Below are positions 18,657 through 26,345 of a stretch of 27,783 nt of DNA, piece after piece. Under the pieces are notes generated by a model. It did no database searches, had not been told where the DNA came from, and saw only the letters and a program-made list of their open reading frames with translations. The stretch's first letter is position 1; each line of letters begins with the position of its first letter. The DNA is from a bacterium (GTDB lineage: Bacteria; JAMORN01), in assembly GCA_027063545.1 (NCBI GenBank), contig JAMORN010000180.1, positions 1-27,783 on the forward strand, read 5' to 3'. The position numbers were made by a program, and so were the translations under genes.

Positions 18657-19328
18657 GCCTGATAATATAAGAAGTATTCTAAATATACTCCAGAATAGAT
18701 TAATAATATCTAAAAATAGTCCAATAGCAGCAGCAAGAGGATGAGTTTTTTCTCTTACAAGTTTTGATGTATCATAGAGAATAAAAAGTCCAAATATAAA
18801 AGCACTTGCACCAGATAAAAGTAAGTGAAAAGTATTATTATGGACAAATATCCCAATAACAGATAAGCCTATAATTACTAAAAGTAAAGTAAAAATAGTC
18901 CCAGATAAATAAGAAAAATCCTTTTTTGTTATTAATACATATAAACTTAAACCAAAGGTAACAAATGTTGTTAATACAAGAGCCTGGCCAAATATTTTTA
19001 ACATAAATGGAGATGAAAGTATTAGTGCAAAAATAGGTCCATCAAAGAAACCTACACTAATAGTAAAAAGATAGTAAAAAACAACACCCATAAAATTATA
19101 AGTATTTTTTAATGTTAGAAAAATAAAAGCAATTTGAGCAATAATTGCAATGAGAAAAAATCCTAAGCTACCAACATTTGCTAAAAGTTGAGTTGCACCA
19201 ATCAATCCTGCAAATCCACCTATAGCCATTGTTAAAAAACCAGTAAATAAGTATAAATATGTTTTTCCTAATGTAGAAGTTGCTACCTCTTTAGATTGTA
19301 AAATATCAACAGCATTATATTGTTCCAT
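18642..19328 (-). CDS. Bax inhibitor-1 / YccA family membrane protein
   Basis: About 7 hydrophobic segments, KTYLYL, TKKDFSYL, ILYDTSKL, LFLDIINLF..I signature; strong SD AGGAGG. Confidence 0.92.
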   Translation of the reverse strand: MEQYNAVDILQSKEVATSTLGKTYLYLFTGFLTMAIGGFAGLIGATQLLANVGSLGFFLIAIIAQIAFIFLTLKNTYNFMGVVFYYLFTISVGFFDGPIFALILSSPFMLKIFGQALVLTTFVTFGLSLYVLITKKDFSYLSGTIFTLLLVIIGLSVIGIFVHNNTFHLLLSGASAFIFGLFILYDTSKLVREKTHPLAAAIGLFLDIINLFWSIFRILLILSGGRDE

Positions 19329-19534
19329 AAATTTTACCTCCTTTTATTTTATAGCTTTTTTTTCAAATAAACTATTCTATATAAAATTAAAATAATAAAA
19401 AACAAAAAAATTTCCATATTTTTTAATAATTTTATTTTTTTCATAAAATTTATTTAATTGTTTAAAAAAGGAGTTTATAATATATATGTAGTTTATTTAA
19501 ATTTTGAATACTAAAGAATTATAAAAATTATTAT

Positions 19535-19555
19535 AAAATAGCTGCCTTCGGAAGC
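19535..19555 (-). terminator. Possible weak intrinsic terminator after manC
   Basis: On minus GCTTCC-GAA-GGCAGC (5 of 6 pairs) followed by TATTTT, about 30 nt after the manC stop; the only GC-rich patch in this intergenic region. Confidence 0.35.
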
Positions 19556-19587
19556 CAGATTTATTTCTTTATCTATTTTTAATCTAT

Positions 19588-20994
19588 TTAAACCCTTCCA
19601 TAAATATCTTCAAATCTCACAATATCATCTTCCCCTAAATAATCTCCTATTTGAACCTCAATAATTTCCAACTCTTCATCATAAGGATTTTCAAGTCTAT
19701 GTTTTGTTTCTTTTGGTATGGAAACTTGATGTTTTATATCAAGATCTAAAATATCATCTCCAACCTGAGCTTTTCCTTTTCCTCTAACAACAACCCAAAA
19801 CTCTGATCTATGATAATGAAGTTGAAGACTTAGCTTTTGATGAGGCTTTACAACAATTGTTTTTATTTTATATCCTTCTCCTTCGGATAATACAACAAAA
19901 AATCCCCAAGGTCTATATGAGAAGATATGGTCTGTTCCTTGTACAAGATTTTTATTTTTTAATACTTCAACCACTTCTCTTACCTTTTGAGATTCTCCTT
20001 CTTTTAAAATTAAAAGAGCATCATCTGTATCAATTATATTTATATTCGAAATCCCTACAGCTGCAATTACTTTATTTTTATAATTTATATTTTTATTAAC
20101 AATTAACGACTCTTTTGTATCAATTGTAATGATATTTTCTCCGATTTTTACATTGGAGTTTTTATCTTTATCCATAACCTTATATAAACTATCCCAGCTT
20201 CCAATATCAGACCATGTTAAACTCATTGGAATAATAACAGAGTCTTTTGTTTTTTCCATAATAGCATAATCAATAGAAATAGACTCAAATTCATCAAAAT
20301 GCTCTATTAATTTCTCAAAATTATATCTCTTATATACATTAAATATCTTAGGAGCATACTTTTTATAATCATTAACAATTTTTTTCACGCTAAACATAAA
20401 CATTCCAGAATTCCAGAAGTATTCTCCTGTAGCTACATATTCTATTGCTGTATCAATATCTGGTTTTTCTGTAAATTTTTCTATATAATAAGCAGAGCTA
20501 TCTATTTTTTTTCCTGTTTTTATATATCCATACCCTGTTTCTGGAGCTGTAGGAGTTATTCCAAAAGTTATAATATAGTTATTTGCAAGATTTTTAGCAT
20601 ATTCTAAGTAATCAATAAATCTTCCTTTAGGAGATATAATATGGTCAGATGGGGATACAAAAACAATTTCATCATCTTTTGCTTTCATTTTTTCTTGAAT
20701 ATATTTAATTCCAAATATAATAGCAGGAGCAGTATTTTTTCCTTGAGGTTCTTTTATTACATGAACTTTATTATCTATATTTAAATCTTCTAATTCTTTT
20801 TTAATTAAAAAGTAATAGTTTTTATTTGTAATAACTAATATATCCTCAGGTCTTACATACCCTAAGAATCTTTCAACAGTTAACGCAAAAAAAGATTTAT
20901 TATGAAATAGTTTTAAAAATTGTTTAGGATAATGTTCCCTAGACTCTGGCCAAAGACGAGTTCCTTTACCTCCTGCAAGGATTATTACCTTCAT
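19588..20994 (-). CDS. manC: Mannose-1-phosphate guanylyltransferase / mannose-6-phosphate isomerase
   Basis: ILAGGKGTRLWPESR..YPKQFL, EP.GKNTAPAI, PSDH, PETGYGYI, F.EKPD, WNSGMF, SIDYAIMEK, WSDIGSW, C-terminal cupin RPWG...SLQLHYHRSE.W...HRLENP; SD AGGAGG. Confidence 0.97.
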   Translation of the reverse strand: MKVIILAGGKGTRLWPESREHYPKQFLKLFHNKSFFALTVERFLGYVRPEDILVITNKNYYFLIKKELEDLNIDNKVHVIKEPQGKNTAPAIIFGIKYIQEKMKAKDDEIVFVSPSDHIISPKGRFIDYLEYAKNLANNYIITFGITPTAPETGYGYIKTGKKIDSSAYYIEKFTEKPDIDTAIEYVATGEYFWNSGMFMFSVKKIVNDYKKYAPKIFNVYKRYNFEKLIEHFDEFESISIDYAIMEKTKDSVIIPMSLTWSDIGSWDSLYKVMDKDKNSNVKIGENIITIDTKESLIVNKNINYKNKVIAAVGISNINIIDTDDALLILKEGESQKVREVVEVLKNKNLVQGTDHIFSYRPWGFFVVLSEGEGYKIKTIVVKPHQKLSLQLHYHRSEFWVVVRGKGKAQVGDDILDLDIKHQVSIPKETKHRLENPYDEELEIIEVQIGDYLGEDDIVRFEDIYGRV

Positions 20995-22859
20995 TCTTCA
21001 CCTCCTAACCTTATATATTTATGTGCTATTTTTCTAAGATTCTTATCTAATAAAATATGAAATGTCTGAAGTCTATTCAAGGCTTTTTTAGGAATTTGGG
21101 ATAGAGGAATATATATATAATATTTTTTAAAAGTTTTAATAATCTCTTTTTTCCTTTCGTCAGGTGGTTTTTTAGCAATATATAGAATAAATTTACTTTT
21201 TGTATAATAACATAGTCCATATAGAAGTTTTTCTGATAGAGAATAGTTTTTAAATTCTTTATTCCTTTCTAATATTATCCAGAAATCAGGAATATTTTTA
21301 GGGGGATAAATTAAAAATAAGCCACCATATTTAGCTTTGAATATTCCTTTATGAGTTTGATATCTTTTAAAAGCAGTGGAGTAATATCCTAATGTTGATT
21401 CATTATGATGTTCTGCATACAGGATTCCTTTCATAGGATAAAAATGATCATTATCTTCATCAAAAAATATAATTGTTCCTTCAATATCTACATTATAAAA
21501 TCTTAAATCATACTCTTTTATCAAAATATTCTCTTTATAAAACTCTTTTAACATCTCTTTTATTGCAATACCATCTTTAAGTCCAGAAGAAAATTCTTCT
21601 ATTCTAGAATGTTTTTCTCTTAACAAAGATTTACCAGTTTCTTTTATTTTTTTTATATAGTTTTCTAGAAATATATCTTCAGGAGGATATGAAACTATAT
21701 GATAAAAATGAAAATCATCATAAGAAAATTTATAATCTTCAATCTTTTCTTTTTTTATTTTAAACTTTAAATCAACCCACTCTTTAGGAGACGTATCAAA
21801 GTAGTTAAAAAAGATTTCTGTACTTTTTTTATTGGGTTTTTGAATGAGATCAGCTAGTATCTTTATAGATGTCTCTTTAGAATAGGTTTTTCTATTAAAT
21901 GGGTAAAATCTAGCATTCTTTAAAAAAAGAAAAGCAAAATAGTCATCATCAATAACCTTTCTAATAGATTTTATTAAAGTTATTAAATCAGGAAAAAGCC
22001 TTTTATTCATTAATGTATAATTTCTAGCAAGTTTTAAGATATGATTTAATGTTTGAGGAGATATATTTTTTTCTTTATGTTTTTTGAGATAATCATCTCT
22101 TGTTTTTATTAAGAGATATTTTATTATTTCTTCATAAGTTGATTCTTTAGAAAAGATGTCTAAACTTTGGGATATATATTTATATACAATAAAAGGAATT
22201 TCCCCAGTGATGTAATGAAGATACTTTTCAGGAATATTGTATAATCCTATTTCTTTAGGAGAAAAATTAAAGTCTGATAAAAACTCAAAGTTTCTATATA
22301 TATCCTTTATTTTTAAAAAATCAAGAATATCAACTATAAATAAAATTTTATTATATTTTAAAGTAAGATCAAAGAGTTTTCCGCTTATTATTTTATATCT
22401 TTTTATATCTTCTTTTGTGTAAAAATCTTCGGTTATTTTGGGAATAAGTGTTAATAAATATTCGAGATTGTCAATAAAGTTTAATGAATATGGGTCTGGA
22501 TAATAGGATTCATGTAAATACTTTAATGTTAAAATATTACTATCAACAAAATACAAAGGAATATCTTCTTCTACAGCCCATTTTATAGCTTCTATAGTCG
22601 CTTCTGAAGGATCTATAGGAATAATGATATTATCATATTCTGGATCCTGGTATAATACACATGTTATTTCTGGAAGTCTTTTAATTCCTTCAATAACATA
22701 AGGCTTAGTAAATTCTGGGAGATCTACAGCTATAGTATCAAAATTATTTTCTAATAGAAATTCTTTTAGAAAATGAGTCCATATAAGACTTTTATGAACA
22801 ACAGGAAAAATGGTTATCTCAGGAGATAATTGAAATATAGGATGATTTTTATACATCAT
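20991..22859 (-). CDS. Uncharacterised ~622-aa MoxR partner protein (TraB/YehM-like N-terminus, possible degenerate VWA-like C-terminus)
   Basis: Long ORF; ATG at 22859 overlaps the MoxR stop (ATGATGTATAA) and its stop overlaps the manC start (ATGA). Domain calls are motif-level inference only. Confidence 0.8.
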   Translation of the reverse strand: MMYKNHPIFQLSPEITIFPVVHKSLIWTHFLKEFLLENNFDTIAVDLPEFTKPYVIEGIKRLPEITCVLYQDPEYDNIIIPIDPSEATIEAIKWAVEEDIPLYFVDSNILTLKYLHESYYPDPYSLNFIDNLEYLLTLIPKITEDFYTKEDIKRYKIISGKLFDLTLKYNKILFIVDILDFLKIKDIYRNFEFLSDFNFSPKEIGLYNIPEKYLHYITGEIPFIVYKYISQSLDIFSKESTYEEIIKYLLIKTRDDYLKKHKEKNISPQTLNHILKLARNYTLMNKRLFPDLITLIKSIRKVIDDDYFAFLFLKNARFYPFNRKTYSKETSIKILADLIQKPNKKSTEIFFNYFDTSPKEWVDLKFKIKKEKIEDYKFSYDDFHFYHIVSYPPEDIFLENYIKKIKETGKSLLREKHSRIEEFSSGLKDGIAIKEMLKEFYKENILIKEYDLRFYNVDIEGTIIFFDEDNDHFYPMKGILYAEHHNESTLGYYSTAFKRYQTHKGIFKAKYGGLFLIYPPKNIPDFWIILERNKEFKNYSLSEKLLYGLCYYTKSKFILYIAKKPPDERKKEIIKTFKKYYIYIPLSQIPKKALNRLQTFHILLDKNLRKIAHKYIRLGGEE

Positions 22860-23793
22860 CGTCGCTATCAAAATTATTTAAAAAATCTAAAAAGTCATCA
22901 TCTTCATCTATATCATAATTTTCTATGTATTCTGTTTCAGAAGATGAGTTCTTTGCATTTTCTAATTCTTGTTTGACTTTATCTATAGGTTTACCAACAA
23001 CAGCAGAAAAACTAGAATAAAATAATTCTTTTATTTCATTTAAAGATTCATGCCCTTTTAATTTTTTGTTTAATAGTCTAAGGGCATTTATAGCATCTCT
23101 AACAGAATATGGAAGATTATATTCATGGAGTTGTTGCATGAATTCAACGCAAATTTTTATAATATTATCTTTTAATAAAGGTAGATGATATTTTAATATT
23201 TTTAATTCATCTTCTTTGGAAGGAAATCCTATTTTTATATTAGGAGCAATTCTACTAGCTATATAATCTGGGATTTCAAACACACTAGAATCTTCATTAA
23301 CAGTTAAGGCTATTCTAAATTCAGGATGAGCCTCGAATTTTATTCCTAATGTATTTGAATATAAACTTCTTCTATGATCAAGAAGAGAAGCAAGAGTTGC
23401 CCAAGATTTTTCAGGCATTCTATTGGCTTCATCTAAAATCACAACCCCGCCTTTTATTACTGCAGCAAGAAGAGGAGAGCCTATGTATATTATTTGTCTA
23501 TCTCTATTTAATACAGGGGTTATAACAAGATCTTCAGGTCTTGTATCAGCAGAAACCTGCATAATATACAAATCTAACCCCAATTCTTTTGCTGCAGCTC
23601 CAACGAGTGTAGTTTTACCTATACCGGGAATTCCAGAAATTTTAGGTGTCATGGGAATATCTTCCTCAAAGGCTTTATAAAAAGCAGCCATCACATCATT
23701 AAGATAATCCTTAGAGCCTATCCAAGAAAATTTTGAAACATCTTCACTATCTGGTAAAACTATCTCAATATCACCAATTCTATATCTTTCCAT
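22849..23793 (-). CDS. MoxR-family (AAA_5-like) AAA+ ATPase
   Basis: Walker A GIPGIGKT, DTRPEDL, Walker B VILDEANR, LLDHRR, HPEFRIALTVN, IASR, SVRD lid motif; acidic tail. Start probably ATG 23793 (MERYRIG). Confidence 0.88.
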   Translation of the reverse strand: MERYRIGDIEIVLPDSEDVSKFSWIGSKDYLNDVMAAFYKAFEEDIPMTPKISGIPGIGKTTLVGAAAKELGLDLYIMQVSADTRPEDLVITPVLNRDRQIIYIGSPLLAAVIKGGVVILDEANRMPEKSWATLASLLDHRRSLYSNTLGIKFEAHPEFRIALTVNEDSSVFEIPDYIASRIAPNIKIGFPSKEDELKILKYHLPLLKDNIIKICVEFMQQLHEYNLPYSVRDAINALRLLNKKLKGHESLNEIKELFYSSFSAVVGKPIDKVKQELENAKNSSSETEYIENYDIDEDDDFLDFLNNFDSDDDV

Positions 23794-23835
23794 GTAGAAA
23801 AATATAATAAAAAAATAAAACAAAAACAAAAAAAA

Positions 23836-23997
23836 CTAGCCAGTTACATCTATCATATTGCCTAAAGCAGGATTATTACCAAAATGAATTTCCAAATTTG
23901 ATTGTATCATTTGTTTTGCTAATTCGATTTGTTTTTGATTTGCAGCTGTAAGCATTGTTTTGTTAAGTTCTAATAAATTGTTATTTTGGATTTGCAT
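23836..23997 (-). CDS. YjfB-family (putative motility) small protein, 53 aa, missing from the ORF track
   Basis: MQIQNNNLLELNKTMLTAANQKQIELAKQMIQSNLEIHFGNNPALGNMIDVTG*; SD AAGGAGG at 24004-24010; Q/N/A-rich helix ending in the LG.xID.. motif of YjfB-like proteins. Confidence 0.8.
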   Translation of the reverse strand: MQIQNNNLLELNKTMLTAANQKQIELAKQMIQSNLEIHFGNNPALGNMIDVTG

Positions 23998-24035
23998 TTG
24001 TTACCTCCTTATAAGAAATATCATATTTTTAATAT

Positions 24036-24062
24036 TTATCGGAAGATATATAGAAAACTTTA
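24036..24062 (-). promoter_or_regulatory. Sigma-28 (FliA/SigD) promoter
   Basis: Minus strand reads TAAAGTTT-tctatatatct-TCCGATAA, i.e. TAAA-N15-TCCGATAA versus consensus TAAA(GTTT)-N15-GCCGATAA: one mismatch, exact spacing, intergenic, about 25 nt upstream of the SD. Confidence 0.8.
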
Positions 24063-24063
24063 A

Positions 24064-24411
24064 TTAAAAATCTCCAGAATTTGAAAATAAATTCCCATAA
24101 AATTTTTCTATATTTAACAAGAATAAATTTAAAATACCTTTATCAATAAGTTCATACTCTGAAGAATTTAAAATCTTTTTTACTTTCTCAATAATCTCTT
24201 CATCATCAACAATTCCTAATATTAGCTTTCCATTTATACTATTTGAAGCAAAATTATTTTTCTTAAAAAAGATAGGGATATCATACGTAATTATATGTTC
24301 AAAAGATGTTATATCTGTGTAAAACATATTATATATTCCTAATTCCATAAATACACTAATTATCAAATTTAAATAAGAATTATCTTTTAGTACTAGTACC
24401 ATTAGATACAT
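24064..24411 (-). CDS. PII-like (GlnB-like ferredoxin fold) small protein
   Basis: beta-alpha-beta start MYLMVLVL...LNLIISVFMELGI, central loop with PIF, KLILGIVDDEEIIEKV, C-terminal GILNLFLLNIEKFYG resembling the PII G..F..PV...G strand. Confidence 0.6.
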   Translation of the reverse strand: MYLMVLVLKDNSYLNLIISVFMELGIYNMFYTDITSFEHIITYDIPIFFKKNNFASNSINGKLILGIVDDEEIIEKVKKILNSSEYELIDKGILNLFLLNIEKFYGNLFSNSGDF

Positions 24412-25723
24412 TATTTTTCTCCTTTTTGTGGTGTTTTTTTACATATGCAATATGAGATGTTTTTTCAGAATATCTTTTGTATGCTTCTCCAGATTTTAAT
24501 AAAGCATATTTAACCATTATAGGTCCTATAATTTCTGTTAGAAGAGTGCTACCCAAAACAATTCCTATAATTTGATTTGAATATTGAGGGAATTCATGGA
24601 TAGAAATTAAAGTTAATGCTATAGCAACACCAGCTTGAGAAATTAGACCAAAACCTAAATATTTAGATATAACATCTGGAGCTTTTGCTATTTTTCCTCC
24701 TATATATGCTCCAAAAATTTTTCCGAAAATTCTTGCAAGGAAGAATAGAATAATAAAGAATAGATATTTTTTAAAGAAAATAATTTTTAGTCTAGCACCT
24801 GCCAGAAAGAAAAATAAAACATAAAAAGGTTGGGAGATATCATCAATAGAGTGAACAAGATTATTTCTATTTCTGGAATAATTAACAATATAAAACCCTA
24901 AAGACATAGCAGCCAGTAATACCGAAAAATGTAAATTTTCAATATTAAATGATTCAAAAAAATCAGGAAGTATTTTATCTATCATAGCAAATAAAATAAA
25001 AAGTATAGCCAAGGTAAGATTTATAAATTCAGGCTTTATTTTACTTTTTTTAGATATATTATCCAAAATTATTCCAAATAATAATCCTGTAATAATACTT
25101 ATAGTTATTTGAAACAATCCTTTAAGAAAAATTAAAACATAAAACCAAAAATTTACATTATGAGAAGAAAGTATAGAATGTACATATGAAGCACTAAAAG
25201 CATATATCATTATACCAATAGCATCGTCAGATCCAACAACAGTAAGAAGAGTTTGTGTTAAAATCCCTTTAGCTTTAAGTTCTTGAATAACAAGAAGGGT
25301 AACAGCAGGTGCTGTAGCACTTCCAATAGCAGCAAGGAGAACTATAAGTTCTTTTGATATGTTTTTTTCTGTAAAGTAATTGGTAAATAAAAAGAAAAAT
25401 AAAGTTAAAAAAAATAAAATAGATAAAAAAGCAAAAATAGACTCTCCTAAGGCTACAAAAATAGGAACTCTCCCCATTTGTTTTAATTCTTTAGTCCTCA
25501 GTTCTGCTCCTATAAAGTAAGCAACAAAGACAAGAGTGATATTACTGATAACTGATAAGTTTGTTACCAAAAATGAATAATTGAATAGATCAAGAATATT
25601 ACCAACGAGCACACCAGAAATAATATAGCCAGTAACCATTGGAATTTTAATTTTAGATAAAAGCTTTCCCCCATAGAAACCTAAGAATAGTGAAATACCT
25701 ATAAAAAGTATATAATCACTCAT
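24380..25723 (-). CDS. Cation:proton antiporter (CPA2 / Na_H_Exchanger family)
   Basis: About 12-13 TM segments; IPMVTGYIISGVLVG, FIGAEL, ATAPAVT, DDAIG (ion-binding DD), FFFLAGARL, R.FGK, LISQAGVAIAL. Confidence 0.92.
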   Translation of the reverse strand: MSDYILFIGISLFLGFYGGKLLSKIKIPMVTGYIISGVLVGNILDLFNYSFLVTNLSVISNITLVFVAYFIGAELRTKELKQMGRVPIFVALGESIFAFLSILFFLTLFFFLFTNYFTEKNISKELIVLLAAIGSATAPAVTLLVIQELKAKGILTQTLLTVVGSDDAIGIMIYAFSASYVHSILSSHNVNFWFYVLIFLKGLFQITISIITGLLFGIILDNISKKSKIKPEFINLTLAILFILFAMIDKILPDFFESFNIENLHFSVLLAAMSLGFYIVNYSRNRNNLVHSIDDISQPFYVLFFFLAGARLKIIFFKKYLFFIILFFLARIFGKIFGAYIGGKIAKAPDVISKYLGFGLISQAGVAIALTLISIHEFPQYSNQIIGIVLGSTLLTEIIGPIMVKYALLKSGEAYKRYSEKTSHIAYVKKHHKKEKNNVSNGTSTKR

Positions 25724-25733
25724 AATAGAAATA

Positions 25734-26201
25734 CTATTTTAAATTTTCAAAATCTTCTAATATTTTATATAATTCTTCATTATTTGTACATTTTAATAAT
25801 CTTTCTTTAAAATCAGAAGTTAGAAACATTCTGGATATTTTCCCTATAAGTTGTATATGAAGACTTCTATCTTTAGGATTTGACGCAAACATAATAACAA
25901 TATATACAGGTTTACCATCAAAAGAATCGTAATTTTTTATAGGTTTTTTAAATATATTAAATGAAATTGTTAAAGTTTTTACAGCATCAGTAACAGCATG
26001 AGGAAGAGCAAGTCCATTACCTACACCTGTTGTATATATTTTTTCTCTTTCAAAGATGTCCCTTTTTAATTTTTCAAAGTCAAGAATATTTTTTGATTTT
26101 TTAAATTTATTTAGTATAAAATTTAAAGCCTTTTCTTTATCTTCTATTTCAAGGTCAAAAGAATTAATTTCAGGTTCAAAATAATCTATCAATTCTATCA
26201 T
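25734..26201 (-). CDS. Stand-alone PTS EIIA domain protein (Fru/Mtl/Ntr-type, PTS_EIIA_2)
   Basis: FERE...TTGVGNGLALPHA with the phosphorylatable His; FDGKPV; HIQLIGKISR. Confidence 0.92.
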   Translation of the reverse strand: MIELIDYFEPEINSFDLEIEDKEKALNFILNKFKKSKNILDFEKLKRDIFEREKIYTTGVGNGLALPHAVTDAVKTLTISFNIFKKPIKNYDSFDGKPVYIVIMFASNPKDRSLHIQLIGKISRMFLTSDFKERLLKCTNNEELYKILEDFENLK

Positions 26202-26243
26202 ATTTTTCTCCTATCGATTTTTTATTTTATTTCTAAAATTACA

Positions 26244-26272
26244 TTGATTTTTTTATACATTTTATATATAAT
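26244..26272 (+). promoter_or_regulatory. Candidate sigma-70 promoter for the solute-binding protein gene
   Basis: TTGATT (26244-26249), 17-nt spacer, TATAAT-like -10 box in the divergent intergenic region. Weak evidence in such AT-rich DNA. Confidence 0.35.
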
Positions 26273-26345
26273 ATAATAAATAAAAAATATTAATAACAAA
26301 TTTTATTTTAAATAAAATAAAATCAGAAAAGAACAAGGAGATTAT

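Noticed and set aside
19541-19560. SRP (4.5S) RNA-like GAAGG..CAGC word
   Set aside because: It lacks the CAGG...GGAAG-CAGC symmetric loop and any long flanking helix; better explained as a weak terminator.
23794-23835. Poly-A/T tracts as a phase-variation switch
   Set aside because: Runs of 7-8 nt are common throughout this AT-rich window, and no gene shows a frameshift at one.
26301-26322. TTTTATTT-T-AAATAAAA inverted repeat as an operator
   Set aside because: Pure A/T palindromes are expected by chance at this base composition; no supporting second site.
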